A program made the translations under genes and the position numbers. A stretch of DNA of 63,977 nucleotides, filler included, from Hausera hauseri (taxonomy: Eukaryota): assembly GCA_046269625.1 (NCBI GenBank). It is 12 parts of 12 records of this genome, joined end to end, with 100 filler letters (N's around TTAATTAATTAA, not from the genome) between each part and the next. Parts side by side here need not be neighbours in the genome. Positions count along the whole stretch, not along the records: positions 1 to 13,037 come from JBJURY010000014.1; positions 13,138 to 18,677 come from JBJURY010233518.1; positions 18,778 to 23,272 come from JBJURY010554561.1; positions 23,373 to 27,816 come from JBJURY010579115.1; 8 more parts are not named here. The stretch is one strand, 5' to 3'. Positions 12,126 to 23,696 of the stretch are shown here, in pieces (the stretch's first letter is position 1; each line of letters starts with the position of its first letter). The notes beneath the pieces are model-generated. The model was not told the DNA's origin, did no database searches, and saw only the letters and a list, made by a program, of their open reading frames with translations.

Positions 12126-12806
12126 TCAGAAGAAACATTTAGACTTTCTTATTGCATCTTTACACTGATCACTATTGAGAAATTCTAACTCTTCGACGCT
12201 GTTATCCATTAAGCAATATCGGATTTTAAAATTATACGTTTTTCGCTTTCTCGAACAAACAGTAAAGTACACAGTTCGTTTGCATCTACCGTGTAAGCAT
12301 CCCTCACTCTCCTTAATAGTAATGCAATTCATTTCAGCTTCATTTGAATCTTCATTCCCAACGGAAGCAACACACTCATCACTGGTGACGAAAAGTCTAT
12401 AATGAATGCTCGACTCGAAAGAATTCATCAATTCAGAACAATTATAAGCCGAAGAACCAACAACTTGTGGATCGAAATTTAAACTCGTTGGTTCATTTGA
12501 TTCCAAAGAAGCTTGTTCACCTTGATCAGTTATATGAAGAGGATAATATTTTGACTCTGTCAAGCTACCAAACGGACTAACCCCTTGAACCATCATAAGT
12601 GTCCTCACAACAATTCTACCATTTCTGTTCTGGCTAAAACCCCACCTCTGAGTCTTAATTTCATTTGGTAGTAACATTCCAGTTTCTGGATAAACTCCTA
12701 TAGTAAACGAATTATCAGGACTAATTTTCAAAATATACTTTAACGGAATTCTGGATGTGTTTTTGGTTGAATAACTTTGAATTGAAATATTACCAACATA
12801 GTTCAA
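12126..12806 (-). CDS. Hypothetical protein with Cys-rich C-terminus (226 aa; may be a host exon)
   Basis: Uninterrupted ORF with protein-like composition; 8 Cys in the C-terminal half. Confidence 0.45.
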   Translation of the reverse strand: MNYVGNISIQSYSTKNTSRIPLKYILKISPDNSFTIGVYPETGMLLPNEIKTQRWGFSQNRNGRIVVRTLMMVQGVSPFGSLTESKYYPLHITDQGEQASLESNEPTSLNFDPQVVGSSAYNCSELMNSFESSIHYRLFVTSDECVASVGNEDSNEAEMNCITIKESEGCLHGRCKRTVYFTVCSRKRKTYNFKIRYCLMDNSVEELEFLNSDQCKDAIRKSKCFF

Positions 12807-13037
12807 TCCTCACTAATTTGCGTTGGGAAAGACATTAATAAAACGTTAATCAAATTAGTGGAGACAACAAGGTTACGTAATTAGTGAGGTATCGTTACTC
12901 TAAATAAGAGGTGATAGAGATGTTAATCTTACCTAACACTAGCTTATGGGTGGTGTGTTCGGCAATAGTCGCCTGTGGGGCTTAGATTTATTGAATTGAC
13001 CTTAATGTTTTATTTAGCACTCAAATTACTTAGATGT

Positions 13038-13137
13038 NNNNNNNNNNNNNNNNNNNNNNNNNNNNNNNNNNNNNNNNNNNNTTAATTAATTAANNNNNNN
13101 NNNNNNNNNNNNNNNNNNNNNNNNNNNNNNNNNNNNN
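13038..13137. other. Artificial contig-joining spacer (first of 11)
   Basis: N-run + TTAATTAATTAA (stops in all 6 frames) + N-run, 100 bp. Repeats at 18678-18777, 23273-23372, 27817-27916, 32277-32376, 36905-37004, 41365-41464, 45483-45582, 49577-49676, 55329-55428 and 59678-59777. Confidence 0.98.
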
Positions 13138-13358
13138 ATTGTTCTTTCTTGTGCATCTCTCATGGAGTTATCCAATACTATAGGTCTGGAATAACCCATT
13201 AGTCTTTTAATAAACGATGTTGGTCCGAATTGTCTATTCTGATAATATAGTAAATGCTGTGTGATATTAGACTGTACTGGCTTGGCATGTTTGTACTGTC
13301 CAGGTGTTTGGAGTTTGAGTTCTTTTATCTTTTGCATTTCAGCTAAAATATAACGCAA
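13138..13358 (-). CDS. Hypothetical protein, truncated by contig end
   Basis: ORF immediately after the RING cluster, running into the spacer. Confidence 0.35.
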
Positions 13359-13381
13359 TTAAATAAGAACACTAATTCTAT

Positions 13382-13675
13382 TCACAAGTTTTTTATTGTA
13401 TAATAATTATGTTCATGACGAAATAATTTATTATTAGTGCGGCACACTGGGCATGAGGCTCCAATGGCAAACCACTCTTTTAGGCACTGTCTGCAAAACT
13501 GGTGCTTACAAGGGACCAACTCCACTGGGTCCACCGAATACTCATTCAAGCAAATTGCACATTGAGTTCCCACAGGAGTAAAAATTCCGTATGGGTTATA
13601 CGTAGTATAAGTATTTATATCGGCAATTTGGCAAAATGCTGGGAACCCATGACTCAGTATGGACAATGAACTCAC
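13382..13675 (-). CDS. RING-finger protein (C3HC4), putative E3 ligase
   Basis: CAICLNEY...VPCKHQFCRQCLKEW...CPVCR. Confidence 0.9.
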   Translation of the reverse strand: MSSLSILSHGFPAFCQIADINTYTTYNPYGIFTPVGTQCAICLNEYSVDPVELVPCKHQFCRQCLKEWFAIGASCPVCRTNNKLFRHEHNYYTIKNL

Positions 13676-13737
13676 AATACAGGGTAAACTTTAAGAAAAC
13701 GAAGTGAACCATTTATAATAATTGTTTTATTTAATAA

Positions 13738-14163
13738 TTAATTATTATAGTCTAAAAATACATAATTCCGTGGATTTCTCCATTCATCCGGCCAGCTCTC
13801 ATCGTCCTCATCTATTACTAATGTCATTGATGGTTGACTGATGATGTTCAAATATATGATCCTTCCTTCTATTAAGTAATACTCTATGTCCTCAAAACAA
13901 TAAGGGCATAACTGATATTCTTCGATATGGCTCTTGATACATTCCTTACAAAATGAATGTTTATACGAGAGTTCCACTATGTCATCTGAGATCAACTGAT
14001 AACACAACCAGCATAAAACATATGCTCTCCTACAACATGGACAGGTATTTTGTTCCATCATCCAAGTGTCAATACAAGGGGTGCAGTATTGATGTCTGCA
14101 AGGTAGTATTGTTTTTTGAGTTGTTACCTCTTCCAAGCAAATGGGGCATTTTTCGGTGTCCAT
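13738..14163 (-). CDS. Double RING-finger protein
   Basis: CPICLEE..LPCRHQYCTPCIDTW..CPCCR, then CWLC..SYKHSFCKECI..CPYC (second RING lacks one Cys); acidic tail. Confidence 0.9.
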   Translation of the reverse strand: MDTEKCPICLEEVTTQKTILPCRHQYCTPCIDTWMMEQNTCPCCRRAYVLCWLCYQLISDDIVELSYKHSFCKECIKSHIEEYQLCPYCFEDIEYYLIEGRIIYLNIISQPSMTLVIDEDDESWPDEWRNPRNYVFLDYNN

Positions 14164-14297
14164 TCCATTTTCTTAAACAATAATAGTAATTTATTCTAAT
14201 TATATTTTATATTCATTTATAAATAACAATTTCCTCAAACTAATAGAACAACAATATTTTTTTTAAGTGCCAACATTTATTAAACTTTTGCCATCAA

Positions 14298-14549
14298 TTA
14301 CAAGTCACTAATTCCTGTCAAATTTTTAATCTCTTGTATATCATCCCATGTCAGGGCACATATAGAGCATAATAAAAAACAACTATCGTCCATGGTCATC
14401 AGGCTTAAATTCATATCCTGTTCACAGTAGGCGCATGCAAACGAATCTTCTGGTTGTTCTAGCTTTCTGATAAAATCACACAACGGGCATTGAGTTCCTT
14501 TCTTTTGGTCTTCATCGAATTTTTGGCACATAATACATCCTAAATACAT
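14298..14549 (-). CDS. Small Cys-rich zinc-finger protein (four CxxC pairs)
   Basis: CIMC, CPLC, CAYC, CSIC. Confidence 0.6.
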   Translation of the reverse strand: MYLGCIMCQKFDEDQKKGTQCPLCDFIRKLEQPEDSFACAYCEQDMNLSLMTMDDSCFLLCSICALTWDDIQEIKNLTGISDL

Positions 14550-14654
14550 CCTACATTAATATCATCATTCTTAGTTCTCACTATCTTCAATGTCAACCAA
14601 TTATTCTTCAATTAACTTTAAAACAACTCTTGATATTAAAATTTATTACGATTA

Positions 14655-14938
14655 TCAAATGGGCATATAAACCAGCCCGTTGGGTCCGAATACATACAAA
14701 TCATGCTGATCGCCCTCTGCCAAATCTTCATCTTCTTCACCATCGTAAATCACCACTATGGTGGTTCCTCGAGACTGATATGAGCTGGTCCTTCTTCGGC
14801 AAAAGGGGCATGTTTGGCTCTTCGCTAGCCAACGGTCCGCACAATTAACACACATGATGTGCTTGCACCGCAATAACGCATAGTGCCTGCCCAGCGGTCC
14901 AAAACAGATCTCGCATTGCACTGGTGTGTATCTGCCAT
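14655..14938 (-). CDS. RING-finger protein (C3HC4) with acidic tail; start uncertain
   Basis: CEICF..LRCKHIMCVNCADRW..CPFCR. The nearest ATG (14938) is out of frame with the GTG at 14921. Confidence 0.85.
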
Positions 14939-15002
14939 CTAAATCCCAAATCCAAATAAAATTCTCAGTTCAAAATCATCGATTATTTTTAGCAGTATGG
15001 TG

Positions 15003-15020
15003 TCCTCACTCGGGGCACCA
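15003..15020 (-). promoter_or_regulatory. Primer-binding site complementary to the 3' end of elongator tRNA-Met
   Basis: Minus strand reads TGGTGCCCCGAGTGAGGA, 5 nt after the LTR ...TAACA. It matches the recalled animal tRNA-Met(e) 3' end TCCTCACACGGGGCACCA at 17/18. Confidence 0.8.
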
Positions 15021-15025
15021 GTTTA

Positions 15026-17898
15026 TGTTAGTGGTACAGGGGTTATCTTAAACCTTAATTAGTACCCAACATATAAATATGTTATATGTTCTGTTTAATT
15101 GGCGTTTACTTTTACCATTTGTCTTTATTCAATTTAAGACAATCTATTCTCATATGCCTTATCATATCTGAAGGTTTGTGAGTTTATCATGTTTGTCCTA
15201 CGGTCATATATATGTCTAGTCACTTAGTTCTTCTTTTACGATAGTCTTTATAATATTAATGAGTATACCATTCAAACTGTACTATATTGCTACACAATAC
15301 CGTTACTGGTTACACTATTATTGCCGACCTCATGACAAGATAATAATATACATCCAAGAACACCCGACTTAAACCTATCTTTTATAACTTACATTCTTCA
15401 TAAAACCTAAGTCCATTATAGTTAACAACACCCTTTTAATTTGCCACGTCATTTTCATTGATGATACACTCTTCCGTCACTAGGTCTAGTGTAATATAGT
15501 AAAAGAGTTATCAGTTTATTCTATTCATATTCGACAGGGTATAGGGATTGATACCATCCACCTTAACTAATGTGTGTGATTTTATTAATCATATCATTGT
15601 GCCTGTTACTAAGGTTTTAATGTAAATTTAGCAATACTATTCTTTATAATCCACCCATTTTCCACTCTTAATGATCAACTAAATATTATATGTTGATACA
15701 AATTACTATAATTCAGTTTATAGATTCTTTATAGGTATAATATAGTATTAAAACATTCTATGATACGAGAATCTCATTATGAGATGTTGTATAGTCATTA
15801 ACATCATTGTATCTATTTACTCACTGAACTTATCGTAGATATCATTTAATGCACATTATGATCGTATGTTTGATCAACTATCTATAAAAATTTTCGATTA
15901 CTTTTATATCATTTTTTACCTATCTTTTTGTTTCTATTTTACAAAATTTTTGATTGAGGTAATCACGGTTCGTAAACTTTGATTATTATCGTATAGTGGC
16001 CATTGAACTTTGATTAATTTTACTTCCATCCTTATTTATATAGTCTATGTTTATATTCGTGTGATAGCTAAAATTGTTCAATAGTAACAAGAAATCCTTT
16101 CAATTCCATCATTTTAAAACATTTCATACACACTGATTCAATCTTCACGGAACTAATAATGATCACATTATCAAGTCGTCAAAATAATCAACGCATGGTC
16201 TACTTTGTCTTCAATCTATTTGCAAACAACATGGGTTATTCATATGTTGAGTATTGAATCCGGTATTCTACTGTTATCCAAATAAAATATCAATAACTAA
16301 ACAAGTATAATATAAGTTTTTTATTTAATATACAAATATGTTAAAGTTTTCCTTTGATAAGAATTACACAAACCATATCATTCATAGTTAATGTATCATA
16401 AGGACAATCGCTACTCATCCTTCTTCTTTCCCATATTCTCATCAATATTATCTTAATCTTAACTTTCTCATTTCAAGATAACTATTCAGATATTGAATTC
16501 ATATATTCATCCTTTCGCTCATGAGGTCCTCAATTTTCTCATATTGAAAGATTTCAAAATTTTTAACCATCACTTTGTTATTAACATATCTCTGAATACA
16601 AAACTCACATTGTACTGGAATTTCGATTTTAAAATATTTATTGATAAAACAAAATAAATACAATTCAATTAAAACAACGACTTCTGAAGATCATGGACAT
16701 TAACATCATTTCAAATTAAAACAACGACCTTGTGAAGATCATCAATACTAACTCTATTTCACCATCATTATCAATATATTAAAATATCTCACCATTATGA
16801 ATCGTATCATCATTATCAAAATCATTTTCCGCCGTAATTCGTTCGGCCATTTACCACAATGATATTGATCCTCTGTTGAATTGATTAGTAAATTTTATTC
16901 TAATCGTAAATTCTTAAAGTTTTCAATAATTATTATAATAGTACTTCTAGATCCGCGAATATCCCTTATAGATGAATCGAAACGATTTGGTAATTAATCT
17001 TTCTTCTAGGTTCCTCGAAGTATATCACGTAGGATCTATCAAAGAATAATTAATCTAAGTTAACCTCGTTTCCTTACCTAATGAGGTTCTGAAGGAGCGT
17101 GTGTTATTTTGTTTCTGTATAAATTTTACGAGAATATTTTTGAGTGTTTTTCCTTGAATGTACTGGCTTATATACCAGTTTCTACTGTCATTTAAATTTT
17201 AAAATTCATCTGTCTATAACCGGAAATAAATTTCAAAATCACCGTTGTTCATTCTAAAATTCATTTCTAGATTTGCTGTCATTTATTTTTAAAATTTATT
17301 TATTGGTATCTATATGTCTGAGATATTCGTTTTCTAAATATCTAAATAATGGACATCTGTCTTTCAAATTTATTTCAATGCTCTAATGGACACATGCCTT
17401 TCAAATATATTCCAATGTTCTAATAGATTTCCAATGGACACATGTCTTTCAAATATATTTCAATGTTCTAGTAAATATCTGTCATTCAAATTTAATGTAT
17501 ATTTCAAATCACTGATATCCATTTGATTTTATTTTAATTTTCTAATTATAAATTTCAATTTTTTGTTCTATTTTCACACAGTCGTTGTTTTCGAGGTCAA
17601 AGTATGGTTAACAACGTAAATACATTTGACAGTAATAATAATAAGACGCCAGTCATAGGGTTAACAAATAATAAGAATGACAGAAAGTTTATTAAAATGA
17701 TAATACACAATAATAAAGTCAATATCAACAAGTTCACAAGATTAACTTCACAAGGTGGTTTCAAGTGGTTATAATCAGTAACGTCACAATTGTTACTGAA
17801 AAAGTTCAAATGATTTCAAATGGTTAGTATCAGTAATGTCACAATGTCATCACAATGTCACAATTGTTGCTGATACTCACAGTTAATCAGTCTTAACA
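15026..17898 (-). repeat. Long terminal repeat, 2873 bp
   Basis: TGTTA...TAACA termini. PPT abuts one end and PBS the other. AT-rich, almost ORF-free, with internal tandem repeats. Confidence 0.75.
17346..17495. repeat. Degenerate ~37-bp tandem repeat (about 4 units) inside the LTR
   Basis: AATGGACAyvTGyCTTTCAAATwTATTyCAATGyTCT units. Confidence 0.75.
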
Positions 17899-17912
17899 TT
17901 TCTCCCCCTTTC
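17899..17912 (-). promoter_or_regulatory. Polypurine tract
   Basis: Minus strand GAAAGGGGGAGAAA directly followed by TGTTAAG (LTR start). Confidence 0.75.
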
Positions 17913-18027
17913 GAAAAAGGATTCGGTCCTCCGGATCACTCTGGGTACTGACATCGATAAAACTGAGATTTCTAGGTCTGATTGTTAATGTAGCATCGTT
18001 TACGGGGTTCATCCAATGGCATAATCG

Positions 18028-18677
18028 CTAAGTACGGTTGTCGTAGGTGTATGAGAAGTGGTAGTATATCGATGGTTGTCGGCAATAAGGGCATGAAATA
18101 CCATTTTGAAAAGTCATTTGGAGAGCTTCTTCTGGGTTGATTGATTTAAGGGATTGAGAACGAAGTTATTTGAAACAGGTTGTGCATAATTTGTGATTAC
18201 ATTGAAACTGATCCACTGTTATTCTTTCGGTAAGGCATATGGTGCATTCATAAGTAGGAATTTGATCGTAGTAAATAGATTGTAATGTTGCCCATAAATC
18301 AGGAGGGGCTAGGTCAGAAATAAGGTCGATTGGACATTTATTGAATACAGGAAACCAATCTTCCTGTAAGGATACTGGTAGTGGTGGACTGTAAGAAATA
18401 GTGTGTAGGTATTATTGTAGGTGTAGGTATTGGCAACTCGGGCAAAGATCTATTAATTTGTTCAGGATGGTAACGTGGATGTGGTATTGAAGACGGTTGG
18501 CGTAAGAGTCATGACATTGATATGAGGTAAGGGTACTTGAAAAGTGATTGGTGGTGGTCTAGTTATCGTAGAAGGGTCGAATTTATAAATTGGGAATTCT
18601 ATTCGAACTGATGCTTGTTGTTCTAGTCGAAAGTATCTCGTTGGAAGTATTTGAGGAATTGGCGTATTAGTAATAGT
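18028..18677 (-). pseudogene. Pro-rich protein with C-terminal RING finger (frameshifts and one stop; absent from the ORF track)
   Basis: Hand translation: ECTICLTERITVDQFQCNHKLCTTCFK*LRS...GISCPYCRQP; RING at about 18082-18246. Confidence 0.8.
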
Positions 18678-18777
18678 NNNNNNNNNNNNNNNNNNNNNNN
18701 NNNNNNNNNNNNNNNNNNNNNTTAATTAATTAANNNNNNNNNNNNNNNNNNNNNNNNNNNNNNNNNNNNNNNNNNNN

Positions 18778-20010
18778 ATATTTCATATTTGCAATAACCG
18801 GTCACTATAATTCCTTGGCCTTTGCACAATTGAATCGCCTGGTGGTGCATGCTTTTATCCCGTGGACAAGCCTACTGTGCAGCAAACCTTCGCCTTCTTT
18901 GATCAAGATTCAACAACAATAGTTGATAGATGGAAAACACCTCTCTTGAAAACACCCTCGTTTCGAATTTTTAGAGAACCATTCTTAGTTTATCAGTATT
19001 TATGGACGGAAGGACAATCTGGAGTTTTGGTACAAATTGAAGGAATTAGATTAAATTTTACTAGACGAACAGTTACTCCAAAATTGTCTCTTGATATACC
19101 ACGTTTTCCAGTATATTATAATGAGTCGACATAGATCAAAATTACCATTCCAATATCCGAAACAAACACATATTTCATTCATGATTGGTTAATTTCCCCT
19201 GTTCAACCCTTATTTACATCAGGATTATTTTTGTGGAAAGCAATTCCTTATTCTTCTATTGACGTTTTACAAACACGGTGGAACCTCCCAGTGTTGGAAG
19301 CAACATATATAGGGAAGCATTGGTTGGTGTCTGTTGGACCTTTTTCGTCTCGGCTTATAGTAATAAAGAAAGACAATATTTATTTTCGACCCTCAGTATG
19401 TCGAATTCAATTTGCTGTTTTAGTAAATCCTTCACACCGAGTCATAATTAATACTACACTAAATTTAAAGCATTTATTCTCCTCTAAGTTATCACCACTC
19501 ATACAACCAAAAGTTACCACGTTAAACTCGCTACGTGTTTCTACGAAACTAAACCTCCTAACTATAACCGCTAAATCTATATTTAATCAATTTTCGTTAA
19601 CTCTAGCTACACGTAGAAATAATATAACACGTTTTATTACTCCTGAACCACTGGAAAAGCCTATACCATTCTTCCCCAATTTTTTAAATGGGAAACAAAA
19701 AATTGCTTTCTATCATTTCTCACATATACCTAACCGAGCAACTGGAAGATCCCTAAAATTCAACGACACTTCGGTTGGCCTTTTTTATTTATGGGTGATT
19801 GTCATTATTGCTTCAGGTATATTAATAATAATCTGCTTATCTCTCGCTATATATTTTAAACGATCTAACAAAATGTTTTACGCAGAATATATTAATGAGT
19901 ATGAAAATGTACCCCAGTATGACATTAATTTTAATCTGAACTACTTTGCACCCGACGAATTAGCTAGTAGACATTTAATGGTCTTTATTCTACAATATTA
20001 TGACAATTAA
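18778..20010 (+). pseudogene. Type I membrane protein-like ORF (one in-frame stop at 19132-19134; 5' end missing)
   Basis: ORFs 18862-19134 and 19231-20010 share a frame and the gap between them is open. TM segment VGLFYLWVIVIIASGILIIICLSLAIYF followed by KR. Confidence 0.6.
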
Positions 20011-20018
20011 AGCTAGCC

Positions 20019-21672
20019 TTGGCCTATTATTTCTTGGCACGGGCATACTCGTCTAATACCCACTTTATCTTTTTAGTGAATCCAAATGGAAAAATAACAC
20101 CTATCTCAGACATTGGCGAAAATACGGAATCCCCTCACAATTCAATTACATCATTTCACACCGCTGAACTTCGATCGAATATCCGTGTTGAGACTGAGTC
20201 GGCATCGGTTGAGCACACTATGGATGATCCAAAACCCCCGTTGTTATTGGGCTCAATTAACCCTTTATCTTGCCCTGGAACCTCCTTTCTTATAGATCAA
20301 TCACCTTTAATCCGTAATATTGGACAGAACATCCAATTTGCAAGTCTACAATGCATGCCTCGCCTGTCCCTTTACTTACCCACAGGCTTATCCATACCCT
20401 TCCTTACAGAAGTATTACGCTCGCGAAATACTTATCGATCTATGTGTATGAATTCCTCTTTACGTCATACCACTCTTAAGTACCCATCTGTTTTTTCTAT
20501 CCCAAATAAATATAAAGGAAATAGTCTTCAAAATCGAGGTATATTAATTATACACTTTAGCATCCCCAATTTTCCAACGCACCCTGCAGATTTGTTATTA
20601 ACTATAGCTTTCGGATCCGTTGTTATACAAATTCTTAGATCACCGTTTCCACAATTTAATGTGTACCTAACCTCATATAAATCCATCTTATTAACTGCAG
20701 ATGTTTGGCAATCAGAATCACTTGCCATAATAGTAAGAAATGAATCTTTACTATACATAGAATTAGAATATATGGACATTCCTACATGGTACCGTTATTT
20801 AGATACCTCTCCAAACGGAGGTATGTCCTTCAACGACCCAGATTGGCTTCCCCAACCTCCAAATCCCTTTATACACTCCTATATCAGAGTTCCCCATACT
20901 TACCCGATTCAGGATATTATCTTTGTTGGCTATACCCTAGCCTTTTCTGGAAATCTTCCCTTACCAATCCAAGTTTACTTAGCCGAACTCTTAGGTGATC
21001 CTAATGAAGCCTTACATATTACGTACAAAACGCTCTTACGGCCACGTGAGAAAATCGATAATGTTGACAAACATACCCACAACATATCTTTAGATGATCT
21101 GGATTCTGAACCAGATTTTGCTCTCTGCCGAGCGCATATCCAACGAGCCATATTCGGCAGAGTCCTAGTAACATTCAATCCCCAATTCTTTCTCAACCTT
21201 ATGCACCTTCCTCGAACAATGATCTTAGGATACATTGACCTTAATCACAGTCAAAACGGATTTCAATCCTTTGGTACCAAATATAAATCCGTTGAATATT
21301 TTATACGAGGAAAAATGAACGCTGAGTACATGGTCCTTATTGCCCATGATATATATAAAGAGAGACGTAAATCTAACTACCTTCTCCATCCATGGCGCCC
21401 TAATTTCTTACCCGATATACCTACAAAACTTCATAATAAATTGCCCACACATATACCACATTGCTCCTGATCCCATTTTTCGTTCTTGGAAAATCCACCC
21501 TTACAATTTCAATCAATGTCTAAAAGTGTTCCAACTGATGCGACAGTACGGAGATGGCTTTTCTCCCAGTAAATTCCATATTGATACATCCAAGGTTCAG
21601 CAAACAACCAGAGAAAACATTGACAGTGATTTTGAAACATGGACCGACTTAATCACTCTTGATTCGCCTTAA
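20019..21672 (+). CDS. Large hypothetical protein (483 aa plus a frameshifted tail)
   Basis: Long open frame with a G-poor coding strand; overlapping ORF 21340-21672 suggests a frameshift. Confidence 0.55.
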
Positions 21673-23372
21673 CTGTTATTGCGTCAGTGGAAGCCGCTAT
21701 GTTGGTCCCCCCTTGTGATAAGAATGAATGAAATTCCTTTTGTACTGATGGGACCGGATGGAATTTCTTTTGTCCTTGGGACATGGTGATGATTTTAATT
21801 AGTTTTTTTTGAAGTTGTACCTGGGAAAAATTGTAATTATAACAGTTGTCCCAGTGAACTGTAGTGTTCGTTCTTTTATGATTTAGAGTAATTTTATAAT
21901 TATTTATTTTTTCTGTTCCTGTATAGCTATATAAGTAGCATTCGCAATTTGAAAAGAACAGAACACAGTTAACTGTTTGTGATTATTATGGTTCATGATT
22001 TGTAGAAAATTTATCGTGTATATTCCGTTGAAAAGAGAAGTGATATATTATTGATTTGGGTTTCCGTTGCTGTTACAGTGTTTACAAGTGGGTATAATTA
22101 ACTTTTTATTTGCTTCTTTACCTTTAATTGTCATTTTTCCTATTTTTTTTTATTTTTATTTGTATCTAAGCTATATTTAGAGGGCTTAAAATTATCTGGT
22201 TGAGAATTAAGTTTGATTTGCACTAAATAGAGTGTATAATACCTAGAGGGTCACTATACCTATTTAGTTGATTGAGAGTAAAGCACATTTTGATTGATAA
22301 GAGTTTGTTTGAGATTGTTTAAAAGCCCTGTTTTTTTAAAGAAAAAAATTTGTTTCGTCGGTTGCGGAGTAAGGAGGATTGTAAGAGGAGTTACTGAGGG
22401 GATAATTTAAAGATATCTCTACGTTGAAAACTATGGAGGATAAGTTAAGATAAGAAAATAGTTTAAGTTTTATAAAGATACTTAGTCATTTGAGACAATA
22501 GACGCTCAACATACCTAATGTTCATACTCGATGGAAAATATGTCTGAATAGCGTCATTTATTATTCTAAATATTTCAATATTGCTATTTAAATTGATAAC
22601 GCATTAGAAATGAATTATGCCGCTTCTGACAATGGTGATATTGCCATGGGCACATTTTTAGGAGCGCGTTTTTTGACAGTGAACCATTTTACTCTTGCCG
22701 CAATAAATTACGAATTTATGTCGACAACTATGGATAACTTGTATAAACTCACAGTTACATTTCTGATGCGTTTGATGTGGTAAACGAAATAGAAAGTAAT
22801 TTTTCACTGTTAAAGATATAAGGACAATGTGCAATGGAAAGGTATGAAAGAATATTTGAGCTCACGTTAATTTCTAAAGAAATATTCTGCTTTAATTATG
22901 CGTCTATTACCACGGCATAAAACAGTTTGAAACTGATACAAATTAATTCCAAATGTAACCTTGCCCTAAAGTACAATAGTTTGTAGTAACTATTTGTAAA
23001 ATTAACTGTTCCATTACAAGTATTAATAGGTCATCATGGATTATAATATTTCTATGGGCCTTGAGAAAATTTAAAAGTATAATTTATTCAAGTGAGATTA
23101 TCACATGACGGAAGATAAAATCAAAAAATACGAAGTTAACTTTTTAAAACCACTTAACTGTATTTTGTAATTTCTTTGTTCACCAACAGGCACTGTTTCT
23201 ACGACCAACACACATACTCACCTATAGGCACTGTTAACATGACCAACACATACTCCCACACACACACACACANNNNNNNNNNNNNNNNNNNNNNNNNNNN
23301 NNNNNNNNNNNNNNNNTTAATTAATTAANNNNNNNNNNNNNNNNNNNNNNNNNNNNNNNNNNNNNNNNNNNN

Positions 23373-23696
23373 CATCAGACGGGAGATGGAGTTTTAGGTA
23401 AGCTAGGTAGAAGACATCAAAAATGGTGGAATTATATTACCTATAGTACTGTCAATGAATATTGCTAGCAGACTGATGTCACTTGCACGAATAGCGGCAA
23501 ATAATCCAGATTTGGTACGCGCTATAGGGACAGTGTTAACAAAGATCAAGCCAATTAATCAAGATGGAAATGGCTTTGTATGGGCAGCATTAATACCCAT
23601 TTTGGCAGCAGCAGGAAAAGCTGCAGCACTTGGAGCAGCAACATAAGCGGGTGGGTATGCAGCAACTAAAGTGATCGATGCAATGGCTGGTAAGTA
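23373..23696 (+). pseudogene. Polinton/adintovirus-like core protein with repeated Q-x-G-x-G/hydrophobic motifs
   Basis: HQTGDGVL / HQxGGILLPIVL / NQDGNGFVWAALIPILAAAGKAAALG; resembles adenovirus pX GGILPLLIPLIAAAIG. Confidence 0.55.

Noticed and set aside
12808-12889. 11-bp inverted repeat CCTCACTAATT
   Set aside because: Too short and lacks a TSD or context to call an element.
13082-13093. Recurrent TTAATTAATTAA palindrome as a biological repeat or CRISPR-like element
   Set aside because: Always centred in N-runs; it is an artificial six-frame-stop linker.
17346-17495. 37-bp repeats as a CRISPR array
   Set aside because: No unique spacers, degenerate units, no cas genes, eukaryotic LTR context.
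21674-22420. Possible second LTR beginning TGTTA at 21674
   Set aside because: No adjacent PPT or PBS and no matching terminus found.
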